A DNA stretch of 64,000 nt, taken from contig JACRCH010000053.1 of assembly GCA_016219115.1 (NCBI GenBank), positions 7,322 to 71,321 of the forward strand. The letters run 5' to 3'. Positions 46,091 through 54,432 of the stretch are shown here, piece by piece (position 1 is the first letter of the stretch; each line of letters starts with the position of its first letter). This stretch comes from Deltaproteobacteria bacterium (GTDB taxonomy: Bacteria > Desulfobacterota > GWC2-55-46). The notes beneath the pieces were generated by a model. The model ran no database searches and had not been told where the DNA came from. It worked only from the letters and a program-made list of their open reading frames with translations. Both the position numbers and the translations under genes were made by a program.

Positions 46091-46522
46091 CTAATCATCC
46101 GTCTTTTTCGCGTTTACTACGACCAACCCGCTTATCTCCATCGAGCCTTCCATAGCCCCCTGGATGGAAGCCAGGTCCCACTGCCCCCCGTCTGCCCTCC
46201 AGACCCCGTTCATGACGAGAGTATCGCCGTCCCTGAACATGTCAAGGGGCGGTTTTTTGAGCCTGTATCTGGGGATGAGAATAAGGCTTGAAAAACTCAT
46301 GTCGCAGGACTTTACGGGTTTGCATGTGACGGCGAACCAGTACTCCATGGTCTTGTCGACCTTCTTCTCGCCTTCCCTGGCATGTATGTGGGTTATGGCG
46401 CCCGCCGGTTTCTCTATCTCCCTTGAACCCTCCGAGCCGTCGATGACTGTCCCTATTATGACATTGGTGCCGTCCCCGGTATCAAAGCCCCTCGGCTCGC
46501 CGACTTCTATCTTTATCTTCAT
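46091..46522 (-). CDS. hypothetical protein, 143 aa
   Basis: Clean ORF with no domain I can recognise and no TM segments. Confidence 0.5.
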   Translation of the reverse strand: MKIKIEVGEPRGFDTGDGTNVIIGTVIDGSEGSREIEKPAGAITHIHAREGEKKVDKTMEYWFAVTCKPVKSCDMSFSSLILIPRYRLKKPPLDMFRDGDTLVMNGVWRADGGQWDLASIQGAMEGSMEISGLVVVNAKKTDD

Positions 46523-46734
46523 GGACCTACCCCTCTATCCTCTTTTTATCTACCCGATAATACCAATATTGCCTGTTTCATCCAAGAAAATAATAATGTT
46601 ATCGGGTATCCGGTCGGCTGCAAGCCGACTTAAGAAATACAACCGCTACCCCTCACAACAGCCCCCTCCCGCAGAGGAAGAGCGCTTCTTTATGAAGGCG
46701 AGGGTTATTCTACGATTCCCCGAATGGGAGAATG

Positions 46735-46769
46735 AAAAAACCCGGTCGCAGATCAATGCTCGGCCGGGT
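46735..46769 (-). terminator. terminator-like hairpin + U-tract downstream of tRNA-Gly
   Basis: The minus strand reads ACCCGGCCG-agcattgatctg-CGACCGGGT followed by TTTTTT. Confidence 0.6.
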
Positions 46770-46780
46770 CGTGTTTTAAA

Positions 46781-46854
46781 TGGAGCGGGTGAAGGGAATC
46801 GAACCCTCGTCTAAAGCTTGGGAAGCTTTCATTCTACCATTGAACTACACCCGC
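46781..46854 (-). tRNA. tRNA-Gly (anticodon CCC), CCA encoded
   Basis: Hand-folded cloverleaf: acceptor GCGGGTG/CACCCGC, D arm GTTC-AATGGTA-GAAT, anticodon arm AAAGC-TTCCCAA-GCTTT, T arm GAGGG-TTCGATT-CCCTT, 3' TCCA. Total 74 nt. Confidence 0.9.
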
Positions 46855-47198
46855 AAAAAATCAAATGGAATCAACTAATTACGTCATTTTTAACACCTGA
46901 CCCGCAGTAAAAACCAGACCAGTGACGATTATTACCGGTGAGATACTCAAGATTATCAAATTTATATTAAATACTTTTCTGAGTCAAGAGTATTCTAAAT
47001 TATCGTAACGAGCAGCCAGGGGTTTTGAGCCAATTTGCCACTACTATATCTGTCACCTGACAAAATAATTTAACGAGGATATAACCGATTACACCTACTG
47101 CTCTTCATTTTCGGGAAGTTTTGAAGGTTGAAGATTCCGAGAAAAAAGATTGACTCGTCTGTTTCAGCAACGCAAAACCTGAAATGCGGGACTCAGTG

Positions 47199-49346
47199 TC
47201 AGTCACTTAACTCTCTCTGGAAAGTCATCATCTCAGACGGCTTCCATCTTTCCATGAACTGTTCGACCTCCTGCGCGCTTGATGGTTTCATGAGCAGGTA
47301 CCCCTGTATATAGTCACATCCAAGCTTCTTAAGTATTTTGAGCTGTTCCACGGTCTCAACACCTTCGGCTACTATTCCTATACCGAGGCTGTGGGCCAGG
47401 GAGATGATAGCGGTTGTTATAGCGATATCGTCTTTATCTGCGGGTATGTCGCGGATGAAGGACCGGTCTATCTTGATGATGTCTATGGGCATTGATTTGA
47501 GGTATGAGAGCGATGAGAACCCGGTCCCGAAGTCATCGATGGATAGCCTGATCCCCAACGCCTTAAGATCCCTTAGTATCTTGACCGTATGCTCCGCGTC
47601 GGTCATGATGATGCTCTCCGTAAGCTCGATCTCCAGGTACTCCGGAGGCAAACCGGTTTTTTTCAATATACCGGCAATTGTGTCCACAAAATCCTTCTCC
47701 TTGAACTGGCGCATCGAGATGTTGACCGAAAATCTGATATTCTTCAATCCGTTAAGCCGCCGGGCATTGGCCTGAGCGCAGGCAGTCGTGAGCACCCAGG
47801 ATGTGATGGGTACGATAAGGCCGGTCTCCTCGGCAATCGGGATGAACCTGCCGGGAGGTATGAGCTCGGTTTCCGGGTCCTGCCAGCGGATAAGACACTC
47901 CAGTCCGACAATCTCTCCGGTGAAAACGTCGGCCTGCGGCTGATAATAAAGGACGAACTCGTTCAGCTCAAGGGCCTTATGGAGCTTGTACTCGAGTCTC
48001 AGCCAGTCTTTTCTTCTCAGGTCGAGCGAGGAATTGTACATCTTGCTGTTATTCCTTCCCTCTTCCTTTGCCAAATACATCGCCATATCGGCCTTTTTGA
48101 AAAGATCTTCCACGCTGTCTCCATCACCGGGGAAGATGCTTACCCCAATGCTTGTCGTTACGAAGAGCTCATGCCCTTTTATCGTGAATGGCGCGTCAAA
48201 GCAGGCGAGGATCCTGTTCGTAATGTTTACTACATTGTCATCCTTTGACAGGTCCGGCAGCAGCACTATGAACTCGTCGCCTCCGAGACGGGCCACGGTA
48301 CTTTCAATGACAGGGTGTTCGTGCTTGCCTTTTTCAAGTGGGCGAGCCACTATGTCGGATAGTCTGAGACTCTGCCGGAGCTTGTTCGCAATGATCTTCA
48401 GAAGCTCATCCCCCGCTTCGTGCCCCAGTGTGTCGTTGACGAACTTGAAGTGGTCAAGGTCTAGAAATAGCACCGCCACATGTCTTCCGTTACGCGCGGC
48501 GCGGGCAAACGCCTGGTCAGCGCGGTCCCTGAGAAGAAGCCTGTTAGGCAGCCCCGTGAGGGCGTCGTAATAGGCCATGGTGAAAATCGTCAGTTCATCC
48601 TCCTTGAGCCTTGTGACGTCGTCTATGACTACGAGCGCCTGTTTGTCGGCGCCAGCTTCCGAGGACTGGATCAAGGTCACACTCGCCTGCAGGTACCTCG
48701 TCTTCTCACCCTCCTTAAGTTCAAAAGCAAGCCCGTTTTTAGCTTCCCCTGTCTCGAATACCTTCTCGACGGCCCTGTTGAAGCCCTCTGCCCGCACGGT
48801 CTCCTCTATCTTTCTTCCGACTATATCGCTTGTGCTCAGGATTCTGTAAGACGAAGTATTGGCATATAGCGCAAGGTGCTCCTTCGAAACGACGATGATA
48901 CTTGACGAGACGCTCTGTATGATGTCTTCGGTGTGCTGTTTCAGAGCGACCTTTTCAATGAGGGCTTTGTGAAGGATCTCCCGCTCCAAGGCCTCCTGTT
49001 TGAGCCTGGCTTCTGTCTGAAGGTTTCTGGAGACAACCGTTACAACCCAATAGTACAGGAAAGGCGCGCTTATTACCGAAAGGAGCAGAGAGTCTGCAAG
49101 GTACTTCACGACCCCTTCATTGAGATTCAGGGCGAACAAGAAGACCATCACCAAGAACTCAGAGGTGACTATTACGAACAGTATCTTGAAAAAGAGCATG
49201 TACGGTTTTATCTTGCGTCCGTCGCCCTCTTTCCGTAGCTGTTCATGAGAACCGCTGACAGAGCTTTTTTCGTTTTGCATTGTGGTGGTGTCTGCTGTTT
49301 GGTTATCCGCGGTGGGTAGGCGCCCATGTACGGTACTGAACGCCAT
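47199..49346 (-). CDS. membrane-anchored PAS-GGDEF-EAL protein (c-di-GMP turnover)
   Basis: 2 TM segments at the N-terminus, a PAS-like region, a GGDEF domain ([11 protein letters not shown]) and an EAL domain ([20 protein letters not shown]). The gene and its flanks are visibly more AT-rich than the rest of the window. Confidence 0.9.
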   Translation of the reverse strand: MAFSTVHGRLPTADNQTADTTTMQNEKSSVSGSHEQLRKEGDGRKIKPYMLFFKILFVIVTSEFLVMVFLFALNLNEGVVKYLADSLLLSVISAPFLYYWVVTVVSRNLQTEARLKQEALEREILHKALIEKVALKQHTEDIIQSVSSSIIVVSKEHLALYANTSSYRILSTSDIVGRKIEETVRAEGFNRAVEKVFETGEAKNGLAFELKEGEKTRYLQASVTLIQSSEAGADKQALVVIDDVTRLKEDELTIFTMAYYDALTGLPNRLLLRDRADQAFARAARNGRHVAVLFLDLDHFKFVNDTLGHEAGDELLKIIANKLRQSLRLSDIVARPLEKGKHEHPVIESTVARLGGDEFIVLLPDLSKDDNVVNITNRILACFDAPFTIKGHELFVTTSIGVSIFPGDGDSVEDLFKKADMAMYLAKEEGRNNSKMYNSSLDLRRKDWLRLEYKLHKALELNEFVLYYQPQADVFTGEIVGLECLIRWQDPETELIPPGRFIPIAEETGLIVPITSWVLTTACAQANARRLNGLKNIRFSVNISMRQFKEKDFVDTIAGILKKTGLPPEYLEIELTESIIMTDAEHTVKILRDLKALGIRLSIDDFGTGFSSLSYLKSMPIDIIKIDRSFIRDIPADKDDIAITTAIISLAHSLGIGIVAEGVETVEQLKILKKLGCDYIQGYLLMKPSSAQEVEQFMERWKPSEMMTFQRELSD

Positions 49347-49635
49347 TTCTGGAAGTAATTAATTATGACATATTTTAACTGTCTTGTCTTGCAAAGTCAA
49401 AAAAAGAACTATTTTACAGAGTTTTGGATTGCCTGTTCCGATAAAGAATGGTGGTTATCAAGTCTCTTTCAGCTAAAAGGTGAACATATTCTCTTTTTGC
49501 CATAGCCACGTAGGATAACATTTCCCTTTTCTGCTCTCCTAAGTGTTGCACTTCATTATTGAACCGGCGGAATGAATTTTTACGAATTCAGAGCTTTGTT
49601 TTATGAAGGGTAAACAAAGCTGGTCAGCTAGTAAC

Positions 49636-49665
49636 GCCGCTCTACCATCGGACTACACCCCCAGC
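49636..49665 (-). other. tRNA-like 5' fragment (acceptor strand + D arm only)
   Basis: The reverse strand reads GCTGGGGGTGTAGTCCGATGGTAGAGCG, resembling positions 1-26 of a tRNA. No anticodon or T arm can be formed downstream. Confidence 0.4.
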
Positions 49666-49845
49666 GATTTTCCTCTAATTATTCATAAAGCCTGATCACC
49701 TTATTAAATCTCCTCCAGGCCGCCACTCTTGCCTCAAACCCCACCGTCTGATATACTTTTCACTGATTTTTCAAATATATGAACACTACCGGGCCAGAAA
49801 AACCCGGAGATCGCAGGAAATTAAAAAATCGAACGGAGGCGATTG

Positions 49846-51339
49846 ATGTCCGAGAAGTTCTCTAACCTGATAGACGGCAGATGGGTGGACGCCGGGTCCG
49901 GCAAAACCTTAAAGAGCCTGAACCCGGCCAATACCGATGAGGTCGTCGGAGTCGTCCCGGCATCGGGAAAAAAAGATATCGACAGGGCCGTCAAAGCGGC
50001 TCAAGACGCCTTCGAAGGCTGGCGGCTTATGCCTGCGCCCAAGCGCGGAGAGATACTGTTCAGGGCAGCCGAGCTCATCAAAAACAACAAGGAAGAACTT
50101 GGCCGTCTCGTCACGCGCGAGATGGGTAAGGTACTCCCGGAGGGCCTGGGCGACGTCCAGGAAGCGATAGACATGGCATACTACATGGCCGGCGAAGGCA
50201 GACGGCTCTCCGGGGAGACCGTCCCGTCGGAACTGCCGGACAAGGACTGTAAATCGGTAAGGGTGCCTGTCGGAGTATTCGCCCTGATCACCCCGTGGAA
50301 CTTTCCCACGGCCATCCCGGCGTGGAAGCTCTTCCCCGCCCTCATAAGCGGCAATACCGTTGTATTCAAGCCCTCAAGCTACACCCCTGTTGCCGCCACC
50401 CGCCTGGTCGGGCTGCTCGTGGAGGCCGGGGTCCCTCCGGGGGTGGTAAACCTTGTCCACGGGACCGGGGACGAGACAGGCGAGTATCTGGCCACGCATC
50501 CGGGCGTCAAAGGCGTGTCGTTCACCGGCTCGACCGCCGTCGGAGAGAAGCTCGCAAAGGTCTGCGGCGCGCTCGACAAGGAGATATCGTGCGAGATGGG
50601 CGGCAAAAACCCCATCATCGTTATGGACGACGCCAGGCTCGATCTGGCGGTTGAGGGGGCGCTCTGGGGCGGCTTCGGCACAACGGGGCAGAGATGCACG
50701 GCGGCAAGCCGCCTGATAGTCCATGAGAAGGTCTACGACCGGTTCTTAGAGATATTTATCAACGCCGCGAAAAAATTAAGATTAGGCGACGGCCTTTTAA
50801 AGACCACAGATGTCGGCCCTGTCATAAACGACTCGCAGTTGAGAAAGGTCTTGAACTACATCGAGATCGGCAAAAAAGAAGGCGCGAGGCTCGTCCTCGG
50901 CGGCAATAGAAGAGAAGACGGAGACCTTAAAAAAGGGTACTTCATAGAGCCGACCATCTTCTCCGAGGTGGCGGCCGAGATGCGGATAGCCAAAGAAGAG
51001 ATATTCGGCCCGGTGGTATCGGTCATCAGGGCAGCTGACTTGAAAGACGCCATCGGGATAGCCAACGGGGTCGACTACGGCCTGTCGGCATCGATATATA
51101 CCCGGGACGTGAACTGCAGCGCTGAGGCTGAACGGGACCTTGACGCGGGGATCGTCTACATAAACGCGCCGACCATAGGCGCCGAGATACAGCTCCCCTT
51201 CGGAGGCACGAAAAAGAGCGGGCTCGGCCGCAAAGAGGCCGGAGGCAGGGGCGGCGCTCTCGATATGTTCACCAAATGGAAGGTAGTATACCGTGACTTC
51301 AGCGGCAGACTGCAAAAGGCGCAGATAGACAAGGACTAA
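49846..51339 (+). CDS. NAD(P)-dependent aldehyde dehydrogenase
   Basis: FTGSTAVGE, EMGGKNP (the ELGGK-type Glu) and the catalytic Cys GQRCTAASR. A GGAGG SD lies upstream. Confidence 0.9.
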   Translation: MSEKFSNLIDGRWVDAGSGKTLKSLNPANTDEVVGVVPASGKKDIDRAVKAAQDAFEGWRLMPAPKRGEILFRAAELIKNNKEELGRLVTREMGKVLPEGLGDVQEAIDMAYYMAGEGRRLSGETVPSELPDKDCKSVRVPVGVFALITPWNFPTAIPAWKLFPALISGNTVVFKPSSYTPVAATRLVGLLVEAGVPPGVVNLVHGTGDETGEYLATHPGVKGVSFTGSTAVGEKLAKVCGALDKEISCEMGGKNPIIVMDDARLDLAVEGALWGGFGTTGQRCTAASRLIVHEKVYDRFLEIFINAAKKLRLGDGLLKTTDVGPVINDSQLRKVLNYIEIGKKEGARLVLGGNRREDGDLKKGYFIEPTIFSEVAAEMRIAKEEIFGPVVSVIRAADLKDAIGIANGVDYGLSASIYTRDVNCSAEAERDLDAGIVYINAPTIGAEIQLPFGGTKKSGLGRKEAGGRGGALDMFTKWKVVYRDFSGRLQKAQIDKD

Positions 51340-51682
51340 AGCTTGAGGGGCCCTGACGTACAGGTACTCCGGGAGGTCACTGAAAAGATCAAATGGCCGT
51401 CAAAAGCGAACGCAATGAAGCAGTCTCTTCCTTCGGGAAATCACCTGCCCGGCAGGCCGCTTCGTCGAAAAAATCGCTTTTCGCAGTGACGATCGACGAT
51501 TTATTTAGAAACCTTCTGAAAAACAGTCCCCTCCGGCTAAGGACCCGTCTGTTCCGAGTCTTGATGAACCCTCCCTGTGCTTAAAACCCCAGGGTTTTCA
51601 GAACCTTAAAAATAAAAAAATCTGGAAATTTGAAAGTTAGGCTGTTACTTTGAGAATGTTTTTGGTATAATCCGCGGCAATC

Positions 51683-51782
51683 GAACCACCCCGCAAGCCT
51701 TGCTATCGGGATTTCCGTTGGGAAATCTGTTTTATATACGCGGCAAGCCGCGTGGTATTCAACCCGAAGGAAATATTAAAAG
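51683..51782 (+). repeat. repeat family 2 copy
   Basis: GAACCACCCCGCAAGCCTTGCTATCGGGATTTCCGTTGGGAAATCTGTTTTATATACGCGGCAAGCCGCGTGGTATTCAACCCGAAGGAAATATTAAAAG. Confidence 0.85.
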
Positions 51783-51840
51783 CTTCCCCTGTAACGCGCT
51801 CTTTTGACTTAAAAAAACGAAGACGTGACAGGGATATGAT

Positions 51841-52075
51841 GAACCACCCAGGAGCAAGCTCCGGTATCAAACGAACAAAAAGAGGTTGTTATCGATCCGC
51901 CGTACGCCAGTACCCCCTCCCTTGATTGCGAAGGCTGGGCTCCCGTTGCGCTCTTCCGATGCAACGGGAAGCGGGGAGGGTGAAAACCTGTTTTCACCCC
52001 CACCCTACCCTCCCCCATCAAGGGGGAGGATTTTACAAGGAACCCTCTGGCAAGCTAGCAGGGAATTTTGTGATT
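51841..52075 (+). repeat. repeat family 1 copy (long form with an extra internal segment)
   Basis: GAACCACCCAGGAGCAAGCTCCGG ... GGCTGGGCTCCCGTTGCGCTCTTCCGATGCAACGGGAAGCGGGGAGGGTGAAAACCTGTTTTCACCCCCACCCTACCCTCCCCCATCAAGGGGGAGG ... CAAGCTAGCAGGGAATTTTGTGATT. Confidence 0.85.
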
Positions 52076-52089
52076 AAAAGGAGGATAGG

Positions 52090-52587
52090 ATGGATCCAGT
52101 GCATTTTTCAGGCAAAGAAGTCCTTACTATGGCCGTAAGGATCGAGGAGAACGGCATGAGGTTCTATACCGACGCTGCCAGGGCCGCTAAATCAGACGGA
52201 CTTAAAGAGCTTTTCAAAGTCCTGGCCGAAGAGGAAGGCCGCCACATAAAGATATTCTCGGAGTTGAAAAGGCTTGTCGCCGACGACACGGTGAACGAAG
52301 GGTTCGACCCGCAGTTGAGCGAGGCATCTCTTTACCTCAAGGCGATAGCCGACACAGAGGTCTTTACCAGGGCCGATAAGGGCAAAAAGGTCGCCAGACA
52401 GGTGCACGACGAGAAAGGAGCCCTCAAGGTAGCTATCGACATGGAAAAGGACTCGCTCCTGTTCTACTACGAGCTGCAAAGACTCATACGCGAGAGGGAC
52501 AAGGCCGTGATAGAGAGCCTGATAGAGCAGGAAAAAGAGCATGTAAGAAAGCTTACCGAGGCCCAGACCTCGCTCTACGGGAAATAA
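52090..52587 (+). CDS. ferritin-like / rubrerythrin-family diiron-domain protein
   Basis: 165-aa four-helix-bundle-type sequence with paired E..EExH-like motifs (IEENGMRFY, AEEEGRHIKIF, MEKDSLLFY, EQEKEHVRKL). It has no rubredoxin domain. Confidence 0.65.
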   Translation: MDPVHFSGKEVLTMAVRIEENGMRFYTDAARAAKSDGLKELFKVLAEEEGRHIKIFSELKRLVADDTVNEGFDPQLSEASLYLKAIADTEVFTRADKGKKVARQVHDEKGALKVAIDMEKDSLLFYYELQRLIRERDKAVIESLIEQEKEHVRKLTEAQTSLYGK

Positions 52588-52754
52588 TATCCAAGGGTTT
52601 TGATTCAGCGGGAACGCCCCGTCCGTAAAGGCGGGGATGAAAGCCAAATCCTCTATCACAGGTCGGGCGCGGAACGCAGATGAAAGTACCGCGGCCGTAA
52701 AGCCGTGGGTATCTATGCCCTTTAAAAAACACTATCGCACCCGAAAGGACGATT

Positions 52755-53003
52755 ATGACCACCCAGTATGTGAAGACCTACTCATGCCCCACCTGCGGCG
52801 CTGCCGCCAGCGGCAGGGGCCATCTCTGCCACCCCAGAAGCGAAGGGCCGTTTGTCTGCGAGTTTTGCGAAAAGACAGTGAGCGACGCCAGACACGTCTG
52901 CGCGTCGATGGTGGACAGGCTGGAGTATCTCTGCAAGAAGTGCGGCAGGCTCTCCGTCTACGACTCCCAGCTCTGTGAACCGGAGCCAGTGGACCAGGAC
53001 TGA
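52755..53003 (+). CDS. 82-aa cysteine-rich protein (9 Cys in three CxxC...C units)
   Basis: CPTCG..HLCHP / CEFCE..HVCAS / CKKCG..QLCEP. No family that I can name. Confidence 0.5.
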   Translation: MTTQYVKTYSCPTCGAAASGRGHLCHPRSEGPFVCEFCEKTVSDARHVCASMVDRLEYLCKKCGRLSVYDSQLCEPEPVDQD

Positions 53004-53160
53004 CCCCGGATGAAACCCTGTCCGCCTGCCGGGCCGCGGGGTATCCATGGGTAAATCTTCCAAGACCAGATGAAGCAAGCTTCGGCGAATTAGACGCCGC
53101 GGACATTGAAAGGGTATTACCCTGCCTCTATCCTTTTTTGGATAAGCACCGGGCTAACCG

Positions 53161-54432
53161 ATGAATAATGACATGATAAAAAGGGCCGGCGCTCACCTCA
53201 CACCCGCGCTGGTATTCCACACCGATATCGTCATTAAAAAGGCCGAAGGTATCTACGTTGAGTCGGCTGACGGAAAAAGGTATATGGATTTTACCTCGGG
53301 CCTCGCGGTGACAAATGTAGGTCACTGCCCGCCGGAGGTAGTGAAGGCGGCGGTAGCCCAGACCGAAAGGTTCCTGCATTCCGGGTGTATCTTCCGTTTT
53401 GAGTCCGAGGTCGAGCTGGCCGAAAAACTCGCGGGGATCACCCCGGACGGCATAGAGATGTTCTTCTTCTCAAACAGCGGGGCCGAGGCCGTCGAGGGAG
53501 CGATAAAACTAGCGCGGTTTACCACGGGCCGCCAGGGCATCATAGCTTTCACCGGCGGCTTTCACGGCAGGACCATGGGGGCTCTCACGCTGACAAGCTC
53601 GTCCGCCAGGTACAGAAAACACTACCACCCCCTCCTGCCCTCGGTCTACCACACCCCGTACCCTTACTGTTACCGCTGCCCGATGGGCAAGGTTCGGGCG
53701 ACCTGCTCGACCGACTGCTTCGATTATTTGAAAAGGGCGCTCCGCCACCAGATCGCCCCCGAAGAGGTCGCCTGCGTGGTCATCGAGCCGGTCCTCGGAG
53801 AAGGCGGCTATGTGGTTCCGCCTGCCGACTATATCGAAAAATTAAGCCATCTCTGCGCAAAAGAAGGGATATTGCTCATTGCCGACGAGGTGCAAAGCGG
53901 CTTCGGAAGGACAGCCCGGTGGTTCGCCTCAGACCACTTCGGCTTGAAGCCCGACATCATTACGATGGCCAAGGGGATCGCCTCGGGTTTCCCGCTGAGC
54001 GCCGTAGGCTCCACAAAAGAGATAATGTCGAAGTGGGCTCCGGGGGCGCACGGCACGACCTTCGGCGGCAACCCCGTGGCCTGCGCGGCGTCGGCGGCCA
54101 CGATAGACAAGATCAATAACGAGAACCTCCTCGATAACGCCGGGAAGGTCGGCGAGTACGCGTTAAAGAGGCTTCGCTCGATGCAGGCCGTCCACGGGAC
54201 TATCGGAGACGTCAGGGGGCTTGGCCTCATGATAGGCATAGAATTCATTAAAGAGGATGGAAGCCCGGACAAGGGGTATCTCGAAAGAGTCATCCACAGG
54301 TGCATGGAAGACGGCCTTATTATCATAGAATGCGGGGTGGACAAGAACATAGCCCGCCTCATGCCTCCCCTTATCACCGGGCAAGACGAGATGAAAACCG
54401 CCCTCGACATCTTTGAGGAGGCTCTTGTTTGA
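53161..54432 (+). CDS. class-III PLP aminotransferase (GabT / acetylornithine aminotransferase-like)
   Basis: SNSGAEAVEGAIKLAR, DEVQSGFGRT and the PLP-Lys context TMAKGIASG. Confidence 0.9.
   Translation: MNNDMIKRAGAHLTPALVFHTDIVIKKAEGIYVESADGKRYMDFTSGLAVTNVGHCPPEVVKAAVAQTERFLHSGCIFRFESEVELAEKLAGITPDGIEMFFFSNSGAEAVEGAIKLARFTTGRQGIIAFTGGFHGRTMGALTLTSSSARYRKHYHPLLPSVYHTPYPYCYRCPMGKVRATCSTDCFDYLKRALRHQIAPEEVACVVIEPVLGEGGYVVPPADYIEKLSHLCAKEGILLIADEVQSGFGRTARWFASDHFGLKPDIITMAKGIASGFPLSAVGSTKEIMSKWAPGAHGTTFGGNPVACAASAATIDKINNENLLDNAGKVGEYALKRLRSMQAVHGTIGDVRGLGLMIGIEFIKEDGSPDKGYLERVIHRCMEDGLIIIECGVDKNIARLMPPLITGQDEMKTALDIFEEALV

Noticed and set aside
47199-49346. The GGDEF-EAL protein as the dedicated c-di-GMP input for the adjacent EPS locus.
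   Set aside because: It is separated from the EPS genes by a tRNA, a hypothetical gene and about 1.5 kb of repeats, and it lies in compositionally distinct DNA. No PilZ, GIL or I-site receptor is visible in the EPS proteins. Proximity alone is insufficient.
49636-49665. A second functional tRNA gene.
   Set aside because: Only an acceptor 5' strand and a D arm can be drawn. The downstream sequence cannot form an anticodon stem or T arm, and no matching 3' acceptor strand is present.
52600-52725. A possible CRISPR repeat (GAACGCCCCGTCCGTAAAGGCGGGGATGAAAG resembles a palindromic CRISPR repeat with a GAAAG tail).
   Set aside because: There is only one full unit plus a scrambled second unit. There are no regularly spaced identical repeats and no cas genes in the window.
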